Notes: generated by a model from the letters alone, not told the origin. A stretch of DNA of 64,000 nt from an uncultured Oscillospiraceae bacterium (GCA_964636685.1 CAZWUK010000001.1:36053-100052), one strand, 5' to 3'; positions 44,966 through 56,388 are shown, counted from the first letter of the stretch. Numbers and translations: made by a program.

Positions 44966-46679
44966 CCCGGTCAAAGAGCCTGCCCGCATGAAAAGCTACT
45001 GGAAGCGCGAGTGGAAGGCGGTGCTCGCCGTCGCGTTTTTTGGGTTGCTTTTTGACGGCTGCATGACCTTTGGGCCGATATTGCAGGGCAGGCTCATCGA
45101 TACCATCGTATCCGAATCGCCGCTCTCGGCTGTCCTGCTGCAAGCGGCGGCGTTTCTCGCCTTGATCCTGTTCGTGCAGATCATGCGCTTTTTCAAACGC
45201 TATTTTGTGCGTCTGTTTGCAAATCGCACAAGCGCGTCGATGCGTCTGATGCTCTACAACAACCTTCTCCATCGGGATATTGCCTTCCTCTCGCAGGCAA
45301 AGACCGGCGACCTGCTCACCCGCGCCGTTTCGGACGTGGACATCTGCGTCGAGGGCATGCGGAAAATCACCACGGAGGTATTTGACACCGGCGTTTTGAT
45401 GCTCTCCTATCTCATTTCTTTGTTTGTTTATGATTGGAAAATTACACTGGCCGCCTGCGCGTTCGTTCCCGTTGCGATGCTGCTTGCCGAAAAGCTCAAA
45501 AAGAGCATCGTTCGCTTTTCAAAAGCAGCGCGCAGTCAGAGCAGCCATGTTGCGGAGCTGACCTACGACAATGTAGAACACACGGTTTTATTACGCGTCA
45601 ACGGTCTGGAGGGGCAAAACCAAGCCGCCTATTTTACGGCGCTTGATGATCTGGAACAAAAATCCATCAAAGCAAATCTCCTCGAAAACTCCATGCAGCC
45701 GGTCTATCAGGTGATCGCGCTGCTGGGGATTGTTTTTGCGCTCTATTTCGGCGGGCAAAACGTGATCGGCGGCGGTTGGACGGTGGGCATGTTCTCTGCT
45801 TACATCTCGATCTTTACCGCGCTCACCCTAAAGGCCAGCAAGGCGGCAAAGCTCTTTAATTCCTACCAGAAGGCAAAGGTCTCCTGGCAGCGCATCAAGC
45901 CGTATCTGACGCCGCATCAGGAAAAGGACAAGACCGATCGCGGTATACCAAAAACGCACACAATCCAAATCGACAAACTCCGTTTTGCCTACCCCGCAAG
46001 CCAGAATACGATTCTTAACAATATCACGCTGTCCGCCCGCACCGGCGAGATCATCGGCGTGACGGGGTCGGTCGCCTGCGGGAAAACGACGCTCGGCGTT
46101 GTGCTGCAGGGGCTATATCCCTATGAAGGCAGCATTCTGCTTGACGGGGCGGCGCTGTCTGGCTATTCCGACTGGGAGAAAAGCCTTCGCATCTCCTATC
46201 TTGGGCACCATCCCGAGCTTCTCTCGGATACGATCTATCAAAATATCACGTTGGGGGACGGTGGCGACATTCTGCCGGTGCTGAACGACGTCTGCTTTTT
46301 GGAGGATCTTTCCACCATGCCGCTGGGCGTGGATACCGTCGTCGGCAGCAGCGGCGTGCGGCTCTCCGGCGGACAGCAGGCGCGTATCGCGCTTGCGCGC
46401 GCGCTCTATCGCAAAAGTCCCGTGCTGATTCTTGACGATCCGTTTTCGGCTGTCGATATGCGCACGGAGGAAGCCATTTTGCAAAACCTTCGCACGCGCT
46501 ATGCGGACCGCATCATCTTCCTGATCTCCCACCGCCTCACGGCTTTCCCCAAGACCGACCGTGTGCTTTTGCTGCAAAAAGACGGATCGGGGCTTTGCGA
46601 TACGCACGAAGCGCTGCTTGCCGCCTCGCCCTTGTATCGGGGTATCTATACCTTGCAGACGGGGGGTAACGTGACATGA
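44946..46679 (+). CDS. ABC transporter permease/ATP-binding protein (type I exporter half-transporter)
   Basis: 577 aa with a 6-TM N-domain, Walker A GSVACGKTT, LSGGQQARIALARA and LILDDPFSAVD. Overlaps the marR end by 20 nt. Confidence 0.85.
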   Translation: MAALRPDPVKEPARMKSYWKREWKAVLAVAFFGLLFDGCMTFGPILQGRLIDTIVSESPLSAVLLQAAAFLALILFVQIMRFFKRYFVRLFANRTSASMRLMLYNNLLHRDIAFLSQAKTGDLLTRAVSDVDICVEGMRKITTEVFDTGVLMLSYLISLFVYDWKITLAACAFVPVAMLLAEKLKKSIVRFSKAARSQSSHVAELTYDNVEHTVLLRVNGLEGQNQAAYFTALDDLEQKSIKANLLENSMQPVYQVIALLGIVFALYFGGQNVIGGGWTVGMFSAYISIFTALTLKASKAAKLFNSYQKAKVSWQRIKPYLTPHQEKDKTDRGIPKTHTIQIDKLRFAYPASQNTILNNITLSARTGEIIGVTGSVACGKTTLGVVLQGLYPYEGSILLDGAALSGYSDWEKSLRISYLGHHPELLSDTIYQNITLGDGGDILPVLNDVCFLEDLSTMPLGVDTVVGSSGVRLSGGQQARIALARALYRKSPVLILDDPFSAVDMRTEEAILQNLRTRYADRIIFLISHRLTAFPKTDRVLLLQKDGSGLCDTHEALLAASPLYRGIYTLQTGGNVT

Positions 46680-48439
46680 AGCAGCCAAAAAAGGCGCGCT
46701 CCCTCACGCTGCGCTGCCTGCTGGAAACCGCACGGCGTAACCTTTTTTTGATGGTCGGACTTTCGATCGCCATTGCCGCGGTCGTCTTACTGTCGCTTGT
46801 TCCGCCGCAGATTCTGCGTACCGTCATCGACACCTGTCTCGTTCCAAAATCGACAGAAGCGCTGTTGCCGCTCGCATTTTCCTATCTCGGAGTTATCATA
46901 CTGGTCGGGGTATTTGATTTTTGCAAGGGCGGTCTTTTGACGGTATTCGGGCAAAGGCTTGTCAACCGGCTGCGCCGCGCCATGACGGAAAAGCTTTCCC
47001 GCATCGGCACGCGCTACTTTTCACAGCATCCCTCCGGTGAAATCACCTCGCGCTTTACCGCGGATGTGGAAAATGTGAACGCGCTTTTTTCCGACGGCGT
47101 AATCAGCATGGTCATCGACTGCTTCAAGATCGTGGGCATCATCGTCTCCATCTGGGTCTTTTCCGGCACGCTGGGGATCATTACGCTGTGCCTTGTCCCT
47201 GTAATCTACACCGTCACGCGCACATTCCAAAAAAAGATGCTGCGGGCGCAGATTGAGAATCTTGAGCAGCTGGGGCGCGTCAACAGTCATATTTCCGAAA
47301 CGCTCAAAAACGTTCGTATGATAAAATCCTTTAGCAAGGAGGCATATATGGAATCGCTCTACCGGCAGCGCCTGCAGGACAATTTCAATACCGTGGAGCG
47401 CGTCAATTTTTACGATTCCTGCTATTCCCCCATCATCCAGATCGTTCGCGCGTCGGTCATCTCCGCAATCGTGCTGCTCTCCAGCAAGCAGCTGAATTAT
47501 CTCGGCATCTCGCTTGGCATGGTCGCCGCCTCCATCGAGCTGATCTCCAATCTCTTTGCGCCGATTGAGGCGCTCGGCATGGAGCTGCAAAATGTTCAGA
47601 AGGGGCTTTCGGGCGTCCGGCGGCTCAACGACTTTGATAAGGAACCCGAGGAGCCCAAAAAGGACGCTTCCTTGACAGCAGACGCGTTGCTCGCAAAAAA
47701 AGCCGGGCTCGGACTCGCCTTCGACCATGTTTCCTTTTCGTATGATCCGTCGCAGCCGGTGCTGTGCGACGTCAATCTCACCGCTAGGCCGGGCGAAAGC
47801 GTGACCTTCGCCGGACGGACGGGTGTGGGAAAGACAACGCTCTTTCGCCTGATTATGGGACTTTTGGAGCCGACCTCCGGGCGGATCCTTTTAGACGGGC
47901 ACGACGTTTACGCCATTCCCAACGCGGAAAAACGCCGTCTGTTCGGCTATGTGGAGCAGCAGTTCTCCTATATTCGCGGCTCCATTGCCGACCAGATCAG
48001 CCTATGCGATCCTGCCGTCAGCCAAAGCGACGTGGAACGCGCCATGCGCTTTGTAGGGCTGCACGAAACCGTGCTGGGTCTTCCCGCAGGCTACGATACC
48101 GTGATTACGGGACACGGCGATTTTTCACAGGGGCAGGAGCAGCTGTTGTGCATTGCGCGCGCCATCGCAGCCGATCCCGCGGTGCTGCTGCTCGACGAGG
48201 TAACGGCAAACCTCGACTCGGTAACGGAAACGCATATCATGGAAATTCTCAAAAAAGCCGGGCAGGGTCGCACCGTTCTCTCCATTTCCCATCGCATGAC
48301 CGCCATGCTGCACTGCGACCGCATCGTATTGCTCGAAAACGGTCGCGTTCTGCGCTCCGGTACGCCTGAAGCGGTATTCCGTGAGGACGCATGGCTGCAG
48401 GCGCGTCTGCACTTGGAGGAAAACACCTGGAATTCTTGA
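46676..48439 (+). CDS. ABC transporter permease/ATP-binding protein (heterodimer partner)
   Basis: 587 aa with Walker A GRTGVGKTT, a degenerate signature FSQGQEQLLCIARA and LLLDEVTANLD. ATGA overlap with the upstream gene. Confidence 0.85.
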   Translation: MKQPKKARSLTLRCLLETARRNLFLMVGLSIAIAAVVLLSLVPPQILRTVIDTCLVPKSTEALLPLAFSYLGVIILVGVFDFCKGGLLTVFGQRLVNRLRRAMTEKLSRIGTRYFSQHPSGEITSRFTADVENVNALFSDGVISMVIDCFKIVGIIVSIWVFSGTLGIITLCLVPVIYTVTRTFQKKMLRAQIENLEQLGRVNSHISETLKNVRMIKSFSKEAYMESLYRQRLQDNFNTVERVNFYDSCYSPIIQIVRASVISAIVLLSSKQLNYLGISLGMVAASIELISNLFAPIEALGMELQNVQKGLSGVRRLNDFDKEPEEPKKDASLTADALLAKKAGLGLAFDHVSFSYDPSQPVLCDVNLTARPGESVTFAGRTGVGKTTLFRLIMGLLEPTSGRILLDGHDVYAIPNAEKRRLFGYVEQQFSYIRGSIADQISLCDPAVSQSDVERAMRFVGLHETVLGLPAGYDTVITGHGDFSQGQEQLLCIARAIAADPAVLLLDEVTANLDSVTETHIMEILKKAGQGRTVLSISHRMTAMLHCDRIVLLENGRVLRSGTPEAVFREDAWLQARLHLEENTWNS

Positions 48440-48463
48440 GCGATTACAACTATGTACAAGATA

Positions 48464-48500
48464 TTACGGGCATTGCCGCTCAAAAAACGGTAATGCCCGT
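48464..48500. terminator. Terminator between the convergent ABC exporter operon and ilvD
   Basis: TACGGGCATTgCCG-ctcaaaaaa-CGGtAATGCCCGTA followed by CTACGTTTTG. Confidence 0.7.
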
Positions 48501-48553
48501 ACTACGTTTTGTGGAAAGCTTATCCGCTCTCCGTATGCCCTTTTTGTTTGCGC

Positions 48554-50218
48554 TTATTCCAGAATCGCGCCCTTGTTGGCGCCGGAAACAAGCTTGGCGT
48601 AGCGTTTGAGCCAGCCCTCCGTGATCGCGGGGGCAGGCGCCGTCCAGTTCTTTTTGCGCAGTTCCAGCGTTTCGTCCGACGCCATGACGCGGATCGCGTG
48701 ATTCGGAATGTCGATGGATATGGTATCGCCCTCCTCGATCAACGCGATATTCCCGCCTGCCGCCGCCTCCGGCGCGACATGCCCGATCGACGCGCCGCGG
48801 CTTGCCCCGCTGAACCGGCCGTCGGTGATGAGCGCAACCTGTTTGTCGAGCTTCATGCCCGCAAGCGCCGAGGTGGGGTTGAGCATCTCGCGCATACCGG
48901 GACCGCCCTTGGGGCCTTCATAGCGAATGACCACCACGTCGCCCGCAACGATCTTCCCGTTGTAGATGGCGTCGATTGCCGCATCCTCACTGTCAAAAAC
49001 ACGCGCAGGCCCGCTGTGCACAAGCATCTCCTTTGCCACCGCGCTGCGCTTGACGACACAGCCCTCCAGAGCGATATTGCCCCAAAGAATTGCAATGCCG
49101 CCCGTCGCGGAATACGCATTCTCGACGGGTCGAATCACCGCGGGATCGCCAATCTCTGCGTGTTCCACCGATTCTCCCAACGTCTTGCCCGTGCAGGTCA
49201 AAGCGCTGCCGTCGATCAAACCGTGCTTTTGCAATTCATTCAGCACAGCCGAGACGCCGCCGGCGTTGTTGAGATCCTGAATATGTGTCGGGCCTGCCGG
49301 AGCCAGATGGCACAGATTCGGCGTATGCTCGCTGATCTCGTTGATGAGCGCAAGATCGAGCGGTACGCCCGCTTCATTGGCGATAGCAAGGCTGTGCAGC
49401 ACGCTGTTGGTACTGCACCCGAGCGCCATATCGCACGCCATAGCGTTGGCAATGGCAGTCTTGGTAATAATGTCGCGCGGACGGATGTCTTTTTTGACAA
49501 GCTCCATGATCTGCATGCCGGCATGCTTTGCAAGCTGCAAACGCGCCGCAGAGACTGCCGCAATCGTTCCGTTGCCGGGAAGCGCCATGCCGAGCGCCTC
49601 CAGCAGGCAGTTCATGCTGTTTGCCGTGTACATGCCCGCACAAGACCCGCAGCCCGGGCAGGCGCCGTGCTCTACACGATCCAGTTCCACATCGTCGATG
49701 AGGTTGGCCTTTCGTGCACCGACCGTCTCAAAAAGCTTGGACAGACTCACGCGCTCGCCATCGACCAGCCCTGCCATCATGGGACCGCCGGATACCACAA
49801 TGGACGGAATATTGAGGCGCGCTGCCGCCATCGTCATACCCGGAACGATTTTGTCGCAGTTGGGCACGAGCACCAGTCCGTCAAAGCCGTGCGCCATCGC
49901 CATTGTCTCCACGCTGTCGGCGATCAGCTCGCGGCTGGGCAGCGAATACTTCATGCCCACATGCCCCATGGCAATCCCGTCGCACACGCCGATGGACGGC
50001 ACAAGGATCGGCGTACCGCCCGCAAGAAGCACGCCCGTCTTGACCGCCTCGGCAACCTTATCGAGGTGCGCATGTCCCGGCACGATCTCGCTGTACGCAC
50101 TGACCACGCCGATGAGCGGGCGCCCCAATTCTTCCTTGGTATATCCCAGAGCATAGAACAACGACCGGTTCGGCGCGCGCTCTACGCCCTCTAGTACGTT
50201 TTTACTGCTGTTTTGCAT
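48554..50218 (-). CDS. ilvD: Dihydroxy-acid dehydratase
   Basis: 554 aa: [43 protein letters not shown] motifs. Confidence 0.95.
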   Translation of the reverse strand: MQNSSKNVLEGVERAPNRSLFYALGYTKEELGRPLIGVVSAYSEIVPGHAHLDKVAEAVKTGVLLAGGTPILVPSIGVCDGIAMGHVGMKYSLPSRELIADSVETMAMAHGFDGLVLVPNCDKIVPGMTMAAARLNIPSIVVSGGPMMAGLVDGERVSLSKLFETVGARKANLIDDVELDRVEHGACPGCGSCAGMYTANSMNCLLEALGMALPGNGTIAAVSAARLQLAKHAGMQIMELVKKDIRPRDIITKTAIANAMACDMALGCSTNSVLHSLAIANEAGVPLDLALINEISEHTPNLCHLAPAGPTHIQDLNNAGGVSAVLNELQKHGLIDGSALTCTGKTLGESVEHAEIGDPAVIRPVENAYSATGGIAILWGNIALEGCVVKRSAVAKEMLVHSGPARVFDSEDAAIDAIYNGKIVAGDVVVIRYEGPKGGPGMREMLNPTSALAGMKLDKQVALITDGRFSGASRGASIGHVAPEAAAGGNIALIEEGDTISIDIPNHAIRVMASDETLELRKKNWTAPAPAITEGWLKRYAKLVSGANKGAILE

Positions 50219-50271
50219 CGTTTCTCCTCGCTGTCTTTTCAGATCATCAAAGCATGTGTATTACAAAGATC

Positions 50272-50309
50272 AGAAAAGCCGCGGCCCGGATCGCGGCGCC
50301 GCGGCTCTG
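50272..50309 (-). terminator. Hairpin terminator between ilvC and ilvD
   Basis: AGCCGCGGC-gccgcgatccgg-GCCGCGGCT followed by TTTCTGATCTTTG on the minus strand, 7 nt after the ilvC stop; with the last stem base the run reads TTTTCTGATCTTTG. Confidence 0.6.
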
Positions 50310-50315
50310 TAACGG

Positions 50316-51347
<1,032 letters not shown>

Positions 51348-51893
51348 TTACGGCAGATAATGAAAGCTGTCCCGCGTGTCTTCACAGTGCATCACGTTGG
51401 CGCCCCGATCGATCGAGGTCACGCCGGTTCTGCAAAGCTCTACGATGGAAAAGCTGCCGATGACCTCCAGGAAGCCATCGATTTTGGCGGGTTTTCCCGT
51501 CAGTTCCACAACAAGGCTTGCCGGGGACAGATCCACGATGTTCGCCTTGTAAATATCGCACACCTCGCGGATGGCGGTGCGATTCTTCTCGTCGGCCTTG
51601 AGCTTGACCAGCAGCAGCTCGCGGCGGATCGAGGTACGGTCGTCCTGCAAATGCACGGACTTGACCTCGATGAGCTTTTGGGTCTGCAAGAGGATCTGCT
51701 CGATGATCTTTTCATCCCCGTGTGTGGAGATGGTAATGCGGGAGATTCTCGGATCGTTGGTTTCCGATACGGTCAGAGAATCGATATTGTAGCCCCTGCG
51801 CCCGAACATTCCGGCAACCCGGGACAAAACGCCTGCATTGTTCTCCACCAAGATGCCGACGATCACCTTTTCCAGCTGTTTGCTGTTTTCCAT
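51348..51893 (-). CDS. ilvN: Acetolactate synthase small (regulatory) subunit
   Basis: ACT domain ILVENNAGVLSRVAGMFGRRGYNIDSLTV. The ATG at 51893 is preceded by GAGGTG; an alternative GTG at 51902 overlaps the ilvB stop. Confidence 0.9.
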   Translation of the reverse strand: MENSKQLEKVIVGILVENNAGVLSRVAGMFGRRGYNIDSLTVSETNDPRISRITISTHGDEKIIEQILLQTQKLIEVKSVHLQDDRTSIRRELLLVKLKADEKNRTAIREVCDIYKANIVDLSPASLVVELTGKPAKIDGFLEVIGSFSIVELCRTGVTSIDRGANVMHCEDTRDSFHYLP

Positions 51894-51898
51894 CCCGT

Positions 51899-53560
51899 TC
51901 ACCTCACGATCATATCTTCCACCGTCTTACCGGACGGTATCATGGGCAGTACCTTTTCGTCCTTGTCGATCCGGCAATCGATCCACGCGGGCTTTTTTGC
52001 CGCCAGCGCCGACGACAGCGCCTGCTGAAATCCTTCCAGCGTCTCGGCGCGATAGCCCGCTGCGCCAAAGCCCTCGGCAACCTTGACATAGTCTGTTTTA
52101 CGTTCGGGAGAAGTTGCCATGTAGTGTTGGTCGTAAAACGCCGCCTGCCATTGACGCACCATGCCGAGTACGCCGTTGTTCATAATCACCGTGACGATGG
52201 GCAGGTTGTAGCTGACTGCTGTACAAGCCTCGTTGAGGTTCATATGGAACGATCCGTCGCCGGTCACGTGGATGACGGTCGCCTCCGGAACGCCGACCTT
52301 GGCGCCGATCGCCGCGCCGTAGCCAAAGCCCATCGTGCCAAGTCCGCCGCTGGTTAAAAACCCTCTGGGCTTGGTACCGCCGCAGAACTGTGCCGCCCAC
52401 ATCTGGTGCTGTCCGACGTCCGTAACGATGATCGCCTCATCGCCCGCCTGCCGGCTGATCTCGTTCATGATCTCATGCGGGCGCATCCGGCCGGGAATGC
52501 GCGCCGGGACATATTCATCCCTGCGCCACGAAGCGATCTGCGTCTCCCAGGACGTGCGCTTGCGGTGTTGAATATGTGGCAAGAGCGCGGTAAGCGCGGT
52601 GCAGATATCCGAAACCAGCGCGTAATCCGTCTCCACATTCTTGGCGATTTCGCTCGGGTCGATATCGATCTGCACGATCTTTGCGCCGGGAGCAAAGCGT
52701 TCCACATTGAGCGCCACGCGGTCGGAAAAGCGCATCCCGATGGCAAGAAAAAGATCCGCGCTGTCCACGGCACGGTTTGCCAGCACGCTTCCGTGCATGC
52801 CGAGCATGCCGAGATCCTGCGGGTGATTGTAGCCGATCACGCCCGTTCCCATGATGGTATGGCAGGTTGGCAGCGCGGCTTTTTCCACAAGCAGGCGCAA
52901 AACGTCGGTCGCCTCGCTTGCAATCACGCCGCCGCCCACGCAGACGACCGGACGCTGGCTCTCGTTCACCAGTGCGGCGAGGGCTTGGATACGATCCGCC
53001 GCCGCATGCTCCGGCGCTGCCGGAACATGCTTTTCACACGGATAAAACTCCGTTTTTTGACCGGTAATATCCTTGGGCACATCCACAAGCACCGGCCCTT
53101 TTCTGCCGCTGCCGGCAATGTTGAACGCACTGCGCAAAATATCCGCCAGCTGCGAAACATCGCGCACCACATAGTTGTGCTTCGTGATGGGCTGGGTGAT
53201 CCCGGCGATATAAACCTCTTGAAAGCTATCCCGTCCGATCAAACCCGTTCCGACGTTTGCCGTAATAACCACAAGGGGGCTGCTGTCAAGCGCCGCCGTC
53301 GCAATGCCGGTGACGGTATTGGTCGCACCCGGGCCGCTCGTTGCAATCACAACGCCCGTTTTGCCGGTGGCTCTGGCGTAGCCGTCCGCCGCGTGGGTCG
53401 CGCCCTGCTCATGCGCGGCAAGATAATGATGGATCTTGTCACGCTTTGCGTACAGCGCGTCGTAAATATTCAGCGCCGCGCCGCCCGGGTATCCGAACAG
53501 CTCGGTCACGCCCTGCTCGATGAGTACTTCCGTAATGATTTCCGCTCCCGTGAGCTGCAT
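51899..53560 (-). CDS. ilvB: Acetolactate synthase large subunit
   Basis: 553 aa: MQLTGAEIITEVLIEQGV, GYPGGA, TSGPGATN, and the ThDP motif GDGSF.MN..E. Confidence 0.95.
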   Translation of the reverse strand: MQLTGAEIITEVLIEQGVTELFGYPGGAALNIYDALYAKRDKIHHYLAAHEQGATHAADGYARATGKTGVVIATSGPGATNTVTGIATAALDSSPLVVITANVGTGLIGRDSFQEVYIAGITQPITKHNYVVRDVSQLADILRSAFNIAGSGRKGPVLVDVPKDITGQKTEFYPCEKHVPAAPEHAAADRIQALAALVNESQRPVVCVGGGVIASEATDVLRLLVEKAALPTCHTIMGTGVIGYNHPQDLGMLGMHGSVLANRAVDSADLFLAIGMRFSDRVALNVERFAPGAKIVQIDIDPSEIAKNVETDYALVSDICTALTALLPHIQHRKRTSWETQIASWRRDEYVPARIPGRMRPHEIMNEISRQAGDEAIIVTDVGQHQMWAAQFCGGTKPRGFLTSGGLGTMGFGYGAAIGAKVGVPEATVIHVTGDGSFHMNLNEACTAVSYNLPIVTVIMNNGVLGMVRQWQAAFYDQHYMATSPERKTDYVKVAEGFGAAGYRAETLEGFQQALSSALAAKKPAWIDCRIDKDEKVLPMIPSGKTVEDMIVR

Positions 53561-53590
53561 TGGTTCTGTCCTCCTGTTGCTGATCGATAT

Positions 53591-53870
53591 AAAAAAACCT
53601 TTGTCTCCCCTGATCGAAGAGACAAAGGATCATATCCTCTGCGGTACCACTCTTGTTGTTCGGAAAAACTCCCGAACCGCTTGATAGACATCCTTGTTGT
53701 GAATGTCCCGCGCTGTAACGGACGCTGCCGCCGCCGCTTAATCGTTTCCTTTCACCGGCGATGCTCCGGGATGACATTCTGACGACGCTCCGGCGCCGTC
53801 TCGCACCAACCGACGGCTCTCTTACGCTGTTGCGCCATTTTACTTTTCCCATCAAAGCATTTTTTTTGTG
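53591..53870 (-). ncRNA. T-box riboswitch leader of ilvBNC
   Basis: The minus strand contains AGAGAG, a GGUGCGA distal-loop-like motif, the T-box sequence AACAAGAGUGGUACCGCAGAGG, and a terminator CCUUUGUCUC-uucgaucaggg-GAGACAAAGG followed by seven U (53591-53630). Confidence 0.8.
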
Positions 53871-53879
53871 ATTAGCGAG

Positions 53880-53909
53880 ATTGTACAATACCCCGCCGTA
53901 CAATGTCAA
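53880..53909 (-). promoter_or_regulatory. Promoter of the T-box/ilvBNC unit (TTGACA-18-TACAAT)
   Basis: Reverse complement of 53904-53909 is TTGACA and of 53880-53885 is TACAAT. Confidence 0.6.
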
Positions 53910-53927
53910 GCAAAATATATAATACTG

Positions 53928-55127
53928 CTACTTGTTTCCAATGCCGGCGTCCAAAAACAGCGTATCAACATATTGCACCGCCGTTCTGGGGCTTCTGCCG
54001 CCTGCCCGGATGGCATACGCCTCCGCGCCGCGAATCAGCGCGTCCTCCGGCAGCTCGATCCCGCTGCGCCGCGCAAGCGCCACGACCTGCTCCGCATAGA
54101 GATCTCGCCCCGGCTTTTCAAATGTTACCAGAATGCCAAACCTTGCCGATAGGCTGCTGACCTCCTCGAGCGTATCGGAAAGATGGATCTCGTCCCCCTG
54201 CCGCATGGACGTACTTTCCCGTACCAGATGCCGCCGGTTGCTCGTTGCATACACCACAACGTTATTGGGTCTTGCGTTCACGCTGCCTTCCAGAACCGTT
54301 TTGAGCGCCATGAAATCACGGTCGTCCGACGCAAAGGAAAGATCGTCGATGAACAGCACAAACTTCAGCGGATCATCCGCCAACCGGTCGAGCAAAGCGG
54401 GGATGGCGGAAAGCTTGCCCTTTTCCAGCTGGATCAAGCGCAGACCTTCCGCGCGAAATTCGTTGGCGACCGCCTTGACGGTGCTCGATTTTCCCGTGCC
54501 GGCGTCGCCGTAGAGCAGGATGTTGTTGGCAGGCAATCCCGAGAGGAGCGCTTTGGTATTCCGCACGACGATACTGCGTTCGCGCGCATAGCCGACCAGC
54601 TCAGAAAGCCGCTGTCCATCCGGATGCAGCACGGGCGAGAGCGTCCCGTCCGCCTGCGCCGTAAAGCTGGAATAGCGGGCAAAGACGCCGCAGCCGCGCT
54701 TGTTGACCTCGGCAAGCTGCGCTTCATAGGCCGCCGCAAAGTCCAGCTTCTCGGTGCGCCATTGCGCAACGGGATCGGAAAACCGGCAGCGCTCCCGCAC
54801 GGCCGACGGCGAGATCCCCGCCGCCGCTTGCAGCAGCAGCAGATCAGCCCCAGCCTGATGTTCGATTTCAGGGGCAAGCGTTTTTCCTGCCGCGCGGGCG
54901 CGCAGATAGAAATTATCATCCTGCGCGACGCGGGAAAACACCGCCGCGGTCAAATTCACGCCCTCGGGATACAATACCGCCGCCAGATCCAGGCAAGCGT
55001 CCGTCGCATCCGCCGCGTCTGCGCAGTACAGCAGCTTTTGCAGCGCTTTTATCAGCGGATCCGCCGCCAGATTTCGAAATATCGCAAGATGCTCCAGTCC
55101 TCTTGCCAACCGGCTCCATTCCGTCAT
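53928..55127 (-). CDS. DUF815-type AAA/P-loop ATPase with an N-terminal extension
   Basis: About 399 aa from MTEWSRL (GAGGGG upstream; the track start is TTG). Walker A LLYGDAGTGKSS, Walker B-like FVLFIDDLSF, then ATSNRRHL. Confidence 0.65.
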   Translation of the reverse strand: MTEWSRLARGLEHLAIFRNLAADPLIKALQKLLYCADAADATDACLDLAAVLYPEGVNLTAAVFSRVAQDDNFYLRARAAGKTLAPEIEHQAGADLLLLQAAAGISPSAVRERCRFSDPVAQWRTEKLDFAAAYEAQLAEVNKRGCGVFARYSSFTAQADGTLSPVLHPDGQRLSELVGYARERSIVVRNTKALLSGLPANNILLYGDAGTGKSSTVKAVANEFRAEGLRLIQLEKGKLSAIPALLDRLADDPLKFVLFIDDLSFASDDRDFMALKTVLEGSVNARPNNVVVYATSNRRHLVRESTSMRQGDEIHLSDTLEEVSSLSARFGILVTFEKPGRDLYAEQVVALARRSGIELPEDALIRGAEAYAIRAGGRSPRTAVQYVDTLFLDAGIGNK

Positions 55128-55137
55128 GCCGCACCCC

Positions 55138-56388
55138 TCAAACAAACAGGTTGAACAACAGCGTGTCCTCGTTGACCTTGGTGTACTGGAAGCCCTTTGC
55201 TTCCATCCGCGCGATCAGCGGTTCCAGATCGTTCTTGTCCATGAGTTCGATACCGAGCAGGATCGGGCCCTTCTCGCGGTCGTTGCTCTTGGTATATTCG
55301 AATCTGCTGATATCGTCGTTCGGGCCCAGCACGTCTACGACAAGCTCTCGCAAGGCGCCCGGGCGCTGCGGCAGCTGCACGATAAAATAGTGCTTGAGTC
55401 CCTCGTAGAGCATGGAGCGCTCCTTGATCTCCTGCATTCTGGCAATGTCGTTGTTGCCGCCGGAAATGACGCAGACCACGTTCTTGCCCGCAATTTCACT
55501 GCGATAGTGGTTGAGCGCGGAGATTGGCAGCGCGCCGGCCGGCTCCAATACAATCGCGCTGTCGTTGTAGACGCGCAGGATCGTTGAGCAGACCTCTCCC
55601 TCGGGCAGAACGACCACCTCGTCCAAATATTTCTTGCACATCGCGTAGGTCAGCTGTCCCGCTTTTTTGACCGCCGTACCGTCCACGAACTTATCGATCT
55701 TGGCCAGCTCCACAGGGCCGCCGTTTTCAAACGCCGCCTTCATGCACGCCGCGCCGGTCGGCTCAACGCCAATCACCTTGGTGTTGGGACTGATATGCTT
55801 GACATAGGACGCAACGCCGGAGGCAAGCCCGCCGCCGCCGACCGCAACGAAAATATAGTCCACGCTGCAATCCGCGTCGCCCAGAATCTCAAGTCCTACC
55901 GTGCCCTGCCCCGCGATGACGAGCGGATCGTCAAACGGATGCACAAACACCATGTTGTGCTCCTTTGCAAACGCAATGGCGCGCGCGGCAGAATCATCAA
56001 ACGTATCGCCCTCGAGCAAAATCTCCACGTTTTCCCCGCCGAAGTGCGAAACCCGGTCAATCTTTTGCTTGGGCGTGGTGATGGGCATGAAAATCGCGCC
56101 GTGCGCGCCGGTAACACGGCACGACAGCGCGACGCCCTGCGCATGATTGCCTGCGCTGGCGCAAACGACGCCGCGCGACAGCTCCTCCGGCGTCAAATTG
56201 GCAATCTTGTTATACGCGCCGCGGATCTTGAAGGAGCGCACAACCTGCAAATCCTCGCGTTTGAGCAGGACATTGCAGCCGTACTGCTCCGACAGCATCT
56301 CGTCGTGCAGCAGCGGCGTTTTCTTTGCCACCTTCTTGAGTGTCTGCTCCGCGCGGATCACGTCCGCTGCGCTGATTGTCTTTTCCAT
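55138..56388 (-). CDS. ilvA: Threonine ammonia-lyase (biosynthetic type, single C-terminal regulatory ACT-like domain)
   Basis: 416 aa: LLKREDLQVVRSFKIRGAYNK (PLP-Lys), ASAGNHAQG, GGGGL motifs. Confidence 0.9.
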   Translation of the reverse strand: MEKTISAADVIRAEQTLKKVAKKTPLLHDEMLSEQYGCNVLLKREDLQVVRSFKIRGAYNKIANLTPEELSRGVVCASAGNHAQGVALSCRVTGAHGAIFMPITTPKQKIDRVSHFGGENVEILLEGDTFDDSAARAIAFAKEHNMVFVHPFDDPLVIAGQGTVGLEILGDADCSVDYIFVAVGGGGLASGVASYVKHISPNTKVIGVEPTGAACMKAAFENGGPVELAKIDKFVDGTAVKKAGQLTYAMCKKYLDEVVVLPEGEVCSTILRVYNDSAIVLEPAGALPISALNHYRSEIAGKNVVCVISGGNNDIARMQEIKERSMLYEGLKHYFIVQLPQRPGALRELVVDVLGPNDDISRFEYTKSNDREKGPILLGIELMDKNDLEPLIARMEAKGFQYTKVNEDTLLFNLFV

